Positions 1 through 9,773 of a DNA stretch of 64,000 nucleotides are shown here, piece after piece (position 1 is the first letter of the stretch; every line of letters starts with the position of its first letter). The stretch comes from a virus: IMG/VR virus record IMGVR_UViG_3300028766_000004, positions 1 through 64,000 of that record; one strand, written 5' to 3'. A program made the translations under genes and the position numbers. The notes under the pieces were generated by a model that ran no database searches, was not told where the DNA came from, and saw only the letters and a list, made by a program, of their open reading frames with translations.

Positions 1-47
1 GTTATGTTCATGCATTTGTGTGAGGTTAAATATACAGAGAAAATTAT

Positions 48-852
48 ATGCATCCAAGAAAATATAGCGAAGACGTAGTAGACCAAATAAAACAAATGTA
101 CAAAGACGGAAAATCATCAATCAAAATAGGAGATGAACTTGGGATATCGAAGGTAACTATAATTTACATCTTAAAAAGAGAAAATGTTGATCGAAGAACT
201 CATCAAGAACTTAATTTGAAATTCAAATGTAATGAGCATTTCTTCGACAGCATAGACTCTGAAAGTAAAGCTTATTGGCTTGGTTTCATCTCGGCAGATG
301 GGTATATCCGTCCAGCTCCAAAAAGAAACTCCAAAAGAATACTCGGAATAACATTGTCTGATAAAGACGAACACCATATTCAGCTGTTGAAGAATGCGTT
401 GGGGAGTGACCACACTATAACCAAATATGGAGGAACTGCTCGATTACACATCTATTCCGATTTCTTAACTTCAGCTCTTGCCGTACATGGGGTTATTCAA
501 AACAAAACATTTACAATGGAATTTCCATCCATTCCACAACATATAATCAGACATTTCATCCGCGGATATTTCGATGGAGATGGATGCTTCACAGCTAATA
601 AGTCAAATCACGACAATATTTCTTTTTCCATAACTTCAAATACAAAAATAATCACGAGCATACAAGAAATCTTGATGAAGGAGTGTCTTTTTAGATAAAA
701 CAAAATTCAGCATACGTCATAAAGATAGTCCAAACATAGGAGCTGTAACCTATGGCGGACACAAACAAATTGCTCGTATCGCTCACTATCTTTACGATGA
801 TGCCACGGTTTATTTAGAGCGTAAATACAACAAAGTTAAGCATTTACTATAG
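48..852 (+). pseudogene. LAGLIDADG homing endonuclease with N-terminal HTH, frameshifted near 690
   Basis: Motifs KAYWLGFISADG and FIRGYFDGDG. The ORF stops at 698, but the +1 frame 691-852 continues as LDKTKF...YGGHKQIARIAHYLYDDATVYLERKY, the typical family C-terminus. Confidence 0.8.
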
Positions 853-861
853 ATAAACAGC

Positions 862-902
862 GTGGTATGTCAGATAATTGCTACATTTATCTGACATACC
901 AC
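862..902. terminator. Perfect 16-bp inverted repeat between convergent genes
   Basis: GTGGTATGTCAGATAA (862-877) and TTATCTGACATACCAC (887-902). Confidence 0.65.
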
Positions 903-907
903 AACCA

Positions 908-2167
908 TTACGCTTTCTTTGTTTTTGGTTCTAGTGCAGGCATCGGTGTTCCATTAACCAAATAATCCAATAACCCCGGAGTATCTTCAATTTTGTATTG
1001 GATGTCCCTAGCGTAGAACTGCTTGAATCCTTCTATCTGGTGATAATAAGTACCCTCACAAGTAGGGCATGTCTTACCGTCCGGTCCTTTTCCAGAAGGA
1101 ATCATAGCTGGTTCAGCACCCTTTTCTACCAATTCAGTATTTTCGTTAGGTACAAGGCAATCAGAACATGGTTCAATAATTTGGTTCCACGACCCATTAA
1201 GTCTTGCACGAAGGTTACGCTTTCCAATTTCCAACGCTTCCCAATTTACATCACATCCAGATTTATACTTATCATCGCCGAACATGATATGAAGAATACG
1301 TTCTTCAAAAGGCTTCCAAAGGCGATTCTTGGTAATCTCTATGGTTGATGCGATGCCTATTTCAGTATCATCTTCTTCAACCTTCCCAGATTGATAAATA
1401 GTCATCATCAAGTGAGAATGGAAATCAAGAGCGTTCTTACCAATGTAAGTATCCTTGTCATACATTGCATTGATATTGACTTTTACTTGATTAATGATGA
1501 AGAACAAGATATTAGTCTTCCCCAAGCGTTTGGCAATCTTACGGAACCATTGAGATAGCAGTTTAGAGTGTTCACCATAATGACCACCCTCACCCTTATC
1601 ACCTTCCAGTTCCTTTTGAGTTGGTGATGCGGCTACAGAATCCCACACAACAACAGTGGGACGCTTCGTCTGTTCAGCAATCTCAATGATGCTTTCCAGC
1701 TTTTCAAATACCTGTTCAAGATAATCAGGTTGACCAATCATCATGCGATTGGGGTCTACGCCGATAGCTACAGCTCTATCTTGGTCAAATGCAATTTCAG
1801 CATCCAACCAAAACGTATCTGCATCGACTTTAGTCGACGTTTCAACATCTAGAACACCCTTTTGAGCCTCGGCTACAATCTGTTGAGCGATAGTAGTCTT
1901 GCCGCTGCTCTTCTTGCCTGTAATTGTAACGATTTTTCCGAAAGGAACACCCCATCCGGCTTTGGTTATGGCATTGTTTAGTTCGAAAGAACCAGTAGAA
2001 ACCCAATATCTAGGCTTAGAGTTGTCGTCTAGGTTAAGAACTTGCAGGGAATTAACGCCATAGGCTTTGTTGAATACCTTGACGATATCCCCTGCATCGG
2101 TCTTACCCTTTTCAAGAACCATCGCCGGAATCTTAGCGACTGGCTTTTTTGCTTTAGGGAGTGCCAT
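908..2167 (-). CDS. recA: RecA/UvsX-like recombinase
   Basis: VSTGS..LN, Walker A GKKSSGKTT, DAE, VVWDSVAA, FINQV. Confidence 0.93.
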   Translation of the reverse strand: MALPKAKKPVAKIPAMVLEKGKTDAGDIVKVFNKAYGVNSLQVLNLDDNSKPRYWVSTGSFELNNAITKAGWGVPFGKIVTITGKKSSGKTTIAQQIVAEAQKGVLDVETSTKVDADTFWLDAEIAFDQDRAVAIGVDPNRMMIGQPDYLEQVFEKLESIIEIAEQTKRPTVVVWDSVAASPTQKELEGDKGEGGHYGEHSKLLSQWFRKIAKRLGKTNILFFIINQVKVNINAMYDKDTYIGKNALDFHSHLMMTIYQSGKVEEDDTEIGIASTIEITKNRLWKPFEERILHIMFGDDKYKSGCDVNWEALEIGKRNLRARLNGSWNQIIEPCSDCLVPNENTELVEKGAEPAMIPSGKGPDGKTCPTCEGTYYHQIEGFKQFYARDIQYKIEDTPGLLDYLVNGTPMPALEPKTKKA

Positions 2168-2169
2168 AG

Positions 2170-3420
2170 TTATTTACTTCCAAGTGCTGCCATCATCTGC
2201 GCAGCTAGGTCGCCTTCGTCAGCCACTGGTGTGGCAGCCGGAGGATTGTTCTTTGCAGCACGAGCAGCTTTTAAAACAGCCACTTCACAATCATCAACCA
2301 ATGGACACTTCAGGCAAATCTTGGCATCGCCATCAAAAGCAATCCCAAAACAAGGCTTAGTTCCGTTAACTAAATCAGCCACTGGAACAACCTTAACTGG
2401 TGGCTGTGTTCCAACTATAGCTGATGTAGTTGCTACCGATGCGAAAGCTGGTTTAGGTGAGCCAACATTAACCGCTGCCTGAACTGGAGAACTAACCGAT
2501 GCATTTGTTGGAGCTGTATTTACAGTCGTGTGGGTGGTCGTAGGTGGAGCTGTATTTACAGTCGTGTGGGTGGTCGTAGGTGGAGCTGTCTGAGGTGGGG
2601 CCGAGCTATCATCCGTGTTTACACCTGGGAAGAATTCTGAATTCTCAGAACCATCCGTTAGTTGGCGATATCCAGTACCATGCACAAGCTCTTTTCCAGC
2701 TGTTTCATCTCCAGTAACCACCCTCTGTAAACAAGCCTGAGTGAACTCGAGCGTTGGAATTCCCATAATGGAATCCAAATCCCAAATCTTCTCCATGATT
2801 GCTTCATCGATAGGTGCAACTTGCAACGAAGCCGTGATTGTGAAGTCACGTTTGTTCTTGTTTGATGTACCTGGAACTTTCGCACCCTCCACAATAGTGC
2901 TCTTAATAGATACATTACGTCCCCTAAATGGATGCGTAAAATCAGAATATCCTGCAATCGAAAGCCAATCAAAAAGCTGCTTATAAACTGCATAAGGGAT
3001 GTTGAGTACACCAACAGTCTTCTCAGGGTCATCAACATTGAATGCATTGACGTAGTAGTTGCTAGTGGAGCGTAGGGTTTTTGCAAGAGCTGAATCAACC
3101 GGGTCTTTCGACTTATTGAGCTTGTAACTCTCGTCACACAATGCACACGGAAACTTCACGTCAGAGCCTTCCTCCTCGAAGAAAGACTTAGGGCATGTAA
3201 CAGCGCCTTTATATCCCGGAACATTCCAATGTTTCATAATCTTGCGGAAGAAAGTACGACGTTTAGTCCAAGGTAAAATGCGCCACGTAGAAGTTGTTTC
3301 GCCATCTGGAATGTTGTGATAAGTGACTTTTAGCCCACCCTTCTTTGCAGCGTCTTTCTGAATCTGATCTGTATCTAACGCATACGGATCATTCGGATCG
3401 AATTGATAAGTGTCAGTCAT
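2170..3420 (-). CDS. Single-stranded DNA-binding protein (gp32-like) with low-complexity linker and Cys-rich C-terminal domain
   Basis: WRILP, HW...CP...CALC Zn ligands, YYVN; lies next to recA. Confidence 0.7.
   Translation of the reverse strand: MTDTYQFDPNDPYALDTDQIQKDAAKKGGLKVTYHNIPDGETTSTWRILPWTKRRTFFRKIMKHWNVPGYKGAVTCPKSFFEEEGSDVKFPCALCDESYKLNKSKDPVDSALAKTLRSTSNYYVNAFNVDDPEKTVGVLNIPYAVYKQLFDWLSIAGYSDFTHPFRGRNVSIKSTIVEGAKVPGTSNKNKRDFTITASLQVAPIDEAIMEKIWDLDSIMGIPTLEFTQACLQRVVTGDETAGKELVHGTGYRQLTDGSENSEFFPGVNTDDSSAPPQTAPPTTTHTTVNTAPPTTTHTTVNTAPTNASVSSPVQAAVNVGSPKPAFASVATTSAIVGTQPPVKVVPVADLVNGTKPCFGIAFDGDAKICLKCPLVDDCEVAVLKAARAAKNNPPAATPVADEGDLAAQMMAALGSK
2509..2589. repeat. 36-bp perfect tandem repeat (2.25 copies) encoding TAPPTTTHTTVN
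   Basis: tggagctgtatttacagtcgtgtgggtggtcgtagg at 2509 and 2545, partial copy at 2581. Confidence 0.95.
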
Positions 3421-3426
3421 AGTAAT

Positions 3427-3906
3427 TTATTCCTCGTCGTGAGTATTTGGTGTCAGTCGCATCATTTCTTGACGTTTCGTAGCACCCAAATTAAATAACA
3501 TCTGGGAACGTTGCTTAAAAGCGTCTTTCCACACATCCAGTTTACCAACGATGGCTTGCATTTGTAGCACAGAGCTACTAATTTCCTGCCATTTAGGTTC
3601 ACGCTTTAGTGCAGCTTCAATCTTGGCTTCAGACATACGTTCACTTTGTCCAAGATTTTCAGAGACCTTCTGTCGAATGTCGAGTTCGATTTCAGCCTCG
3701 TAAGACGATAAAGCACGTTTGCGCGATTCAAGCTCTATGTAACAATCAGAATGAATTCCGCCATAAAACGCAAATTTCGATGCTTGTTCGCAAAACTCTG
3801 TGTTAAGTGCTCCCTCTTCAATATAGAGGTCAGTGGCAGGGTCAAGAAATTCTTCCTTGCCGTTTAGCATGATGGTTAAACTACCTAAATCACGGTCAAA
3901 AGCCAT
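3427..3906 (-). CDS. UvsY-like recombination mediator / helical replication protein
   Basis: DLYIEEGALNTEFCEQ...SEAKIEA...AFKQRSQML pattern; ATG at 3906; sits directly upstream of SSB and recA. Confidence 0.6.
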   Translation of the reverse strand: MAFDRDLGSLTIMLNGKEEFLDPATDLYIEEGALNTEFCEQASKFAFYGGIHSDCYIELESRKRALSSYEAEIELDIRQKVSENLGQSERMSEAKIEAALKREPKWQEISSSVLQMQAIVGKLDVWKDAFKQRSQMLFNLGATKRQEMMRLTPNTHDEE

Positions 3907-3910
3907 GTGA

Positions 3911-4519
3911 TTACTCCGTTGGTGAATTATACCCGGCTTGCAAAGAGTCTGTACTGAGAAGAACCCCACCACAATAAACACTACAAGCGTTCTCGATTTT
4001 ATTTACCCTTACAACTTCCATGCCCGGTTGAACATTTAATTTGTCAGATGATGACGTAATATATGCCCACTTCTCTTCCAACGCTGCATATACACTTTGT
4101 TGATTAAGTGGTTTAAAAATGAACAATTCTGCATTTTTAGCAGCGCTTAAACATTTTTCGCCGCATGTAGATATGATAGGTCTTGATGGAAGATAAAGTT
4201 TCTGACAAACAAGGCAGTGAATGAAATACGCCTTTACCAAATTGCCGTGCTTCAATTCTTCAGGGTGTCTCCAACCGTCCGGCGTTTTTAATAATGCATC
4301 GCTAGTTAAATATATCTTTATACTGCTGTTTCTAATCCTATCAGGAGTTGGAACAGCATCAACTCTGATCATCCATTGTTCACCCTTTAAAGCTTCGTCT
4401 CGTCTAATTTCCATTTTGTGGAATTCTAAACCCTCTGTCAAAACATCTCGACCTTGCAATGTAATAATCGTCCCAACACCATCTCTCGTAACGATTGGGC
4501 ATAGGCCATCAGTCACCAT
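3911..4519 (-). CDS. Free-standing degenerate Hint/intein-like protein with Zn-finger insert
   Basis: GGAGG then ATG at 4519. Intein-like blocks PIVTRDG, LTSDALLKTPDGWRHPEELKHGNLV and SVYCGGVLLST; CxxC...CxxxC insert. Confidence 0.55.
   Translation of the reverse strand: MVTDGLCPIVTRDGVGTIITLQGRDVLTEGLEFHKMEIRRDEALKGEQWMIRVDAVPTPDRIRNSSIKIYLTSDALLKTPDGWRHPEELKHGNLVKAYFIHCLVCQKLYLPSRPIISTCGEKCLSAAKNAELFIFKPLNQQSVYAALEEKWAYITSSSDKLNVQPGMEVVRVNKIENACSVYCGGVLLSTDSLQAGYNSPTE
3926..3936 (-). promoter_or_regulatory. Putative promoter element CCGGGTATAAT
   Basis: Perfect TATAAT 20 nt before the ATG at 3906; identical 11-mer at 11148-11158. Confidence 0.55.
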
Positions 4520-7311
4520 AACTTTCCCTCCAGTACTTGAGCCGGTGGCCCACCCTTCTTCGACAAACCTTGTCTCAGACTGATACAAATCGCTTTAGCT
4601 GCTTTCATATCATGCATCGAGGCAAATGCTCCACAGGATAATAAAATCTCTTGTGCCTTTATGTTCACCACTCGCCTATTTTCCAGTCTGTTGAAGAAGT
4701 CATCGAAACTAAGAAATTGAACTTCACCTCTGGTTTTCAATACAGCGTCTATAACAGCATCACCGATTCCTGAAATCTCATTAAATCCAGCTCTAAGAGC
4801 CTTTTTTCCATTCGGTAGAATTTCAACACTGCACAATTTATGAGACCGATTGATACACGTTGGAAGGTATTGGACATCCTCTCTCCCAACTTCCTTACGG
4901 AGGTCTGGTCTGTCTTCATCCTTGGAATGGGCTATCTGTGCCGATAGAAATTCACATGGAAAATGGGTTCTAAGCCACATGGCGTAGTAACTAACAAGAG
5001 TGTAAGTCGTAGCGTGCGATTTATTGAAACAATATCTTCCGAAATCAACAATTTCGCTGAACAGTTCGTTAGCAGCGGCATCTGAAAGTTTTCCAAAGCT
5101 TATGCATCCTTCCACAAATTTCAAACGATCTTTCTCGATTTCTTCCTTGCCCTTAGATTTAGAAATCTTTTTACGAAGTGTATCAGATTCAGGATATGTA
5201 TATCCTGCCACTTCTACAGCTATCTGCATCACCTGTTCCTGATAGATGAACACTCCGTATGTATCTCGAGTGATTTTATCCAAAGCAGCATTTCCAGTAG
5301 ACTTTATCAAATTTGGAGTTTTTTTGTTCTTTACGTAAGTATCCTTAAACTGCAATGGACCCGGGCGATACATTGCATTAGCTGTAATTAGCGTGTTGAT
5401 GTCGTGTGGTGCCATTTCACGAAGCATTTTTCTCATACCCGGTGACTCAAACTGAAACACTCCAGTAGTTTGACCCATATTGAACTGCATGAGTGTTGGC
5501 TTATCTTCCAAATCTATCTTCTGAAAATCTAGTTCTTTACCAGATGTTTCCTCAATCATTTTCTTAGTGTATTCGAGTACTGAAACGGTCTTAGAACCCA
5601 ACACATCTACTTTTAGAAGCCCTAAGAACCCGACATCATACATATCGTAGTTGATGGTGTATTCGCCTTTTCTATATTCAACAGCAACACGGTTCTCTAG
5701 AGGTTCAGAGCTAACAATCACACCACCAGGATGGATACCAGTTTGTCTAACTTGTCCTTCGAGAACTTTAGCAACTTCCAAAATAGAGAAGTTTTTTTCC
5801 TTAAAAGCAGCATATTGCGGGTATTTTTCAGGCTCATCTTCGACTTTTTGCAATGTTAGTTTAGCCTTGTCTTGTTTGGCTGTTTTTTCATCTATCTCTT
5901 TGCACACAACATCAACTACTTTTAAGTCTATCTCTTCATAACGGCAAACATCTTTCAAAACCTGTTTGGTGTTCATACCGTTGAACGTGGCTATGTGAGC
6001 TACATGCTTATAGGTCTGCAATAAATACTGATAAACTTCATCACGCCTATCGTGTTCGAAATCTAGGTCGAGGTCGGGAAGGTCGATACGCTCAGGGTTT
6101 ATGAAACGTTCAAAAATGAGTCCATAGGTAAGTGGATCGGCGTTTGTAATGCCCAGTAAATAACACACCAGTGAACCAGCACCAGAACCACGCCCCGGAC
6201 CATAGGCGATACCAACAGAATCACAATATCGATAAATGTCTTGCACTAATAGAAAATACTTTTCAAAATTCAGCTTTATAACTGTATCTAATTCCTTTGT
6301 CAACCTTTCCCAATATGGCTTCCCTTTTTCGCTGGTAAATGCCATATCAGGAAAGCGTTTCTTCCACCCCTGAACACACAAAATCTTCAATGCTTGTACT
6401 TGGTCGCTTGTTCCCAAAGAAGTCGTATTTACGTTCGGTAGTTCTACTTCAAAATTTGGCAAAGACCAATTACACTTCTCGGCAACCTCAACTGTGTTTA
6501 GAACAGCTGCATTTACCAACTGAGACGACAAAACACTCTTTTGCATTCCGAGAAACGAATCTATCATCTCTGGGTAAGTCTTCATCCACAAACCCGGCGT
6601 AAAATCCCACTTATTATCGCTTGATTTAGTTTGCTTCCGAGCCGTAGCTAACAAACACTCTTGAGCGTGACAATCTTCAGCGTTAGCGTAGTGAAAATCA
6701 TTCGTGGCAATAAGCTTCCTGCCGAATCTATTCGCCAGTTGCAGTGCTTTCATGTTCGTATTGTATTGGAGGTCGAATTGGTGAGGTTGAACTTCGAAGT
6801 AGAAATCTTCCTTGAATGTTTCATTAAACATCTCAGCTTTCTTCACATAATCATCATGTGAAAGCATCCCACCAACACAAGCCGTAGATATTACACAATC
6901 TTTCAGAGCGAGAGTGTCATTCCACCCAACACGAGGCTTGTAGTAGAAACCATCCTTTGAATAAGCCTTTGTAAGAAGCTTTTGGAGCGACACAAACCCG
7001 TCCCAGCTCTTAGCCAGAACGATAGTATGATATAAGTCTTCACGTTCTTTCTTGACATTTTCAGGCTTGCGATACAGCACATCATCCACTATATAAATTT
7101 CGCACCCTAAAATTGGTTTTATGCCATTCTTCTTACATTCTCTAGCGAACTTAAGCCCACCACTGACCGTACCATGATCAGTCTGCGCCAGCGCCTTAAA
7201 TCCCTTTTTCTTAGCTTGTGCAACAACGTGTTCCACGGTGCCAACAGCATCAAGCTGTGAATATTCAGAATGTGCATGGAGATGAACCAAGTTTTCATTA
7301 CTATCGCTCAT
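4513..7311 (-). CDS. dnaE: DNA polymerase III alpha subunit (family C), C-terminally short
   Basis: PHP motifs HLHAHSEYS and TDHG; GRGSGAGSL, PDLDLD, HPGG, GVFQFES, YQEQVM, FNKSH. Confidence 0.96.
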   Translation of the reverse strand: MSDSNENLVHLHAHSEYSQLDAVGTVEHVVAQAKKKGFKALAQTDHGTVSGGLKFARECKKNGIKPILGCEIYIVDDVLYRKPENVKKEREDLYHTIVLAKSWDGFVSLQKLLTKAYSKDGFYYKPRVGWNDTLALKDCVISTACVGGMLSHDDYVKKAEMFNETFKEDFYFEVQPHQFDLQYNTNMKALQLANRFGRKLIATNDFHYANAEDCHAQECLLATARKQTKSSDNKWDFTPGLWMKTYPEMIDSFLGMQKSVLSSQLVNAAVLNTVEVAEKCNWSLPNFEVELPNVNTTSLGTSDQVQALKILCVQGWKKRFPDMAFTSEKGKPYWERLTKELDTVIKLNFEKYFLLVQDIYRYCDSVGIAYGPGRGSGAGSLVCYLLGITNADPLTYGLIFERFINPERIDLPDLDLDFEHDRRDEVYQYLLQTYKHVAHIATFNGMNTKQVLKDVCRYEEIDLKVVDVVCKEIDEKTAKQDKAKLTLQKVEDEPEKYPQYAAFKEKNFSILEVAKVLEGQVRQTGIHPGGVIVSSEPLENRVAVEYRKGEYTINYDMYDVGFLGLLKVDVLGSKTVSVLEYTKKMIEETSGKELDFQKIDLEDKPTLMQFNMGQTTGVFQFESPGMRKMLREMAPHDINTLITANAMYRPGPLQFKDTYVKNKKTPNLIKSTGNAALDKITRDTYGVFIYQEQVMQIAVEVAGYTYPESDTLRKKISKSKGKEEIEKDRLKFVEGCISFGKLSDAAANELFSEIVDFGRYCFNKSHATTYTLVSYYAMWLRTHFPCEFLSAQIAHSKDEDRPDLRKEVGREDVQYLPTCINRSHKLCSVEILPNGKKALRAGFNEISGIGDAVIDAVLKTRGEVQFLSFDDFFNRLENRRVVNIKAQEILLSCGAFASMHDMKAAKAICISLRQGLSKKGGPPAQVLEGKLW

Positions 7312-7314
7312 TAC

Positions 7315-7551
7315 TCAACCTTTTTTCTTTATGTGCAAAAGCTCGTCTATCACGGCAAAATCTTTAACCTTCTTAATAGCCTTTGACTCTTTTTTGATTT
7401 CGTCCATCAGAGCTTTCGCTTGTAGTGATATTCTCCACAAAGCGTTAATAGATTCAATTTTATTGTATTTCTTTCCATACGTACGGAACAATTCGTAGTT
7501 ATGTCTGAACTTTCTGAATTCAGTCGTCAAATCGTCGCTCAATTTACTCAT
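7315..7551 (-). CDS. Small basic hypothetical protein
   Basis: ORF packed tightly between the methylase and dnaE; ATG at 7551. Confidence 0.55.
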   Translation of the reverse strand: MSKLSDDLTTEFRKFRHNYELFRTYGKKYNKIESINALWRISLQAKALMDEIKKESKAIKKVKDFAVIDELLHIKKKG

Positions 7552-8284
7552 TAGCGTCAACCCAATCCATAAGAGGTGCCCCCTCAACTCGAGTCACTAG
7601 TTTTCCTTTTTTATTGGTTTTTTCGATTATGCCACAACCATCAAGCCTTTGGGTGCCTGTTTCGTAATGAATAGGGTCTATTTCAACGCCAATATACCCC
7701 ATACCCAATGATTTCGCTCCCATACACGTACTAAACGAGCCTGCAAATGGGTCAAGGATTACGTCGCCTTCCTTGTTATATTGGCTCAGTGCCTTCCGTA
7801 CCAGTTCGATAGGCTTCTCGGTAGGGTGCAACGTGTTAATGTGTCTGGCGATGTTCCACACGTTGCTGGGGGCAGCTTCAAGAAGCAGATTTGGTTCACC
7901 TTTACTTACCACCCATATGTACTCGTGTTGGGGGCGAAATTGGTAACCTATGCCAAAATTTGTCTTAGCCCAGACTACCTGATTAACGATTTCGAACCCG
8001 ACATCTGTCAATACTTCATGAAACACATGAGAACATTGCCAATTGCAGCAAAACCATGCAACCTTGTTATGTTTTAGTACCCGATAGCAATGATGTATCA
8101 CTGAACTAAGCCATTGCTTGAATTCTTCCGGAGCAATATTGTCGTTAGCTATGATGTCATGCGTTTTTCGCTGAGGAACAAGGTTTATGTTAAATGGAGG
8201 GTCGGTCATAATCCCATCCACAGAACAATCTTGAATCGTTGGTAGCACGTTCACACAATCATCGTTATATGTTTCTTGAGTCAT
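7544..8284 (-). CDS. DNA amino-methyltransferase (N6A/N4C, beta class)
   Basis: TDPPF catalytic motif precedes HPTEKP and the SAM-binding motif DPFAGS. Confidence 0.92.
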   Translation of the reverse strand: MTQETYNDDCVNVLPTIQDCSVDGIMTDPPFNINLVPQRKTHDIIANDNIAPEEFKQWLSSVIHHCYRVLKHNKVAWFCCNWQCSHVFHEVLTDVGFEIVNQVVWAKTNFGIGYQFRPQHEYIWVVSKGEPNLLLEAAPSNVWNIARHINTLHPTEKPIELVRKALSQYNKEGDVILDPFAGSFSTCMGAKSLGMGYIGVEIDPIHYETGTQRLDGCGIIEKTNKKGKLVTRVEGAPLMDWVDANE

Positions 8285-8287
8285 TGG

Positions 8288-8698
8288 CTACTGTCTTTCC
8301 ATCCGATTCTTAACCCATTCGCTTAATCTCTTAGACACTTTAGCAAATGGTCCTTTGACGCGATCATCAATCAAATTACCGCTTTCCTGTGCGTCTAGAA
8401 GAATACCTAAGCAAGCTCTTGCGTGTCCGAGATGGTGAACACCAGAATCTTCAGCTACTTCGTCGCCTTCAAGCCATCCGTCTAAGTGACGCTTACAGGC
8501 ATCGATATAAACCCTAGCACGAACATCTTTCGCGCGCCAATTTCTAAACCCATATTTTATTTCTCCATCAAGCATCGCACAAGCTTCATGAGCGATAGCG
8601 GCTGGAGATACAGCTCCCATCGGAACCTTCTTAAAACCTAAAATGTCTTTAGGGTTGGTCGAATCTGCTTTCGAAACTGCTCCATTATCTTTATTCAT
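8288..8698 (-). CDS. dATP/dGTP diphosphohydrolase domain protein (DUF5664-like)
   Basis: NPKD..G..K, GEIKYGFRNWR, Y.DA..RHL, DSGVHHLGHA.AC, LIDDR. Confidence 0.85.
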   Translation of the reverse strand: MNKDNGAVSKADSTNPKDILGFKKVPMGAVSPAAIAHEACAMLDGEIKYGFRNWRAKDVRARVYIDACKRHLDGWLEGDEVAEDSGVHHLGHARACLGILLDAQESGNLIDDRVKGPFAKVSKRLSEWVKNRMERQ

Positions 8699-9227
8699 AT
8701 TGTTTTTCCTTATGCTTTTTAATGTATTCAAGACTTCTATGAACCAAATCAGACTCCAACTGCCCTAATCGCATATTACATCCATGGCAGAGCGCCTCTC
8801 TGACGCACTTTTCGCAACTTCTACCAGCAGGACAACAAGAATGATCATGATCTAAACACAAACCTATAGAGTCTTCCAAACCACAGATAGCACATTTTTC
8901 ATTCTGCTTGATGCGCATTTCATCTAGTTTCTTCTTTGCCCAGCTTCTAGCTACATATTCAGGACCGCTTCCAGTAGGAACACCTTTAGATATCCTAATA
9001 GTTCCAAACTTGTCTCCAATCTTCTTATTTCTTCTTAGATAATAGTATCTACTCATACAGCTGGAGCATCTTCCATATCTGTCTTTTATTCTGTCTGTAT
9101 GAGTACATGGAGCAGTTAGGTTCTGCGTCCATTCCCAACATTCTCTGCACATCCCAAAATAATGATTTAGTTCACTTGGATGACATCTTGCAAGTTTTAT
9201 TCTTCGTGTCACGTGTGGCATCTCCAA
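8691..9227 (-). CDS. Endonuclease VII-family His-Me endonuclease
   Basis: QNEKCAICG, LCLDHDH, VREALCHGCN..LG; N-terminal Cys/His repeats. Confidence 0.88.
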   Translation of the reverse strand: MEMPHVTRRIKLARCHPSELNHYFGMCRECWEWTQNLTAPCTHTDRIKDRYGRCSSCMSRYYYLRRNKKIGDKFGTIRISKGVPTGSGPEYVARSWAKKKLDEMRIKQNEKCAICGLEDSIGLCLDHDHSCCPAGRSCEKCVREALCHGCNMRLGQLESDLVHRSLEYIKKHKEKQYE

Positions 9228-9241
9228 TATATTCTACCCGG

Positions 9242-9580
9242 TTAGTATTTTGCCATCTTCTTGATATACATCTTGTAATTTCCACACAAATCTTCAATCT
9301 TCCCGAATATTCTTGCGTATTCATCTTCTGTAACCGGCTCATCCCAAAGATGATATAAATAGAACTTGCTTCCGTTTACCAACTCGACATAATCAACCAT
9401 TCCATTAAGTGGATAGCTGTATCTCCCATCTACACCATTGTCGATGAAATCTTCCAGTTGATAGGCTGATATGGAACCGCAAGCAGAACACAACCCAGTC
9501 CAGAATTGAGCAACCTTGCCTAGATACTGTTTAGATACACAACGGCATCTTTCATTGATCTGTATCACTTGTTTGGGCAT
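9242..9580 (-). CDS. Hypothetical protein (Cys pairs)
   Basis: ORF in operon context; CRC and CSAC motifs. Confidence 0.5.
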   Translation of the reverse strand: MPKQVIQINERCRCVSKQYLGKVAQFWTGLCSACGSISAYQLEDFIDNGVDGRYSYPLNGMVDYVELVNGSKFYLYHLWDEPVTEDEYARIFGKIEDLCGNYKMYIKKMAKY

Positions 9581-9752
9581 AGTTTTCCTCGATTACATCG
9601 CGTCCATTTGCGAATTCAAGCCCCATCAGGCAGGCTTCGCATTGAATATCGTTGATATTAGACAGAGCCGCGTACCAATTAGCACGCGGATGTCTAATGC
9701 AATGAACTTTGTTGAATTGTTCGGTTACTGGGATTACCTGTTCCATCATCAA
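9552..9752 (-). CDS. Small hypothetical protein
   Basis: Fills the gap in a co-oriented operon; CxxH...CxxC. Confidence 0.4.
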   Translation of the reverse strand: MMMEQVIPVTEQFNKVHCIRHPRANWYAALSNINDIQCEACLMGLEFANGRDVIEENYAQTSDTDQ

Positions 9753-9773
9753 ACTTTCTGCTAATCACGATTA

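Noticed and set aside
2509-2589. CRISPR-like 36-bp repeat
   Set aside because: Head-to-tail copies without spacers, in frame within a coding linker.
3911-7311. Split-intein trans-splicing of DnaE as in cyanobacteria
   Set aside because: DnaE has no C-terminal N-intein, and the downstream Hint-like ORF lacks His-Asn and a C-extein.
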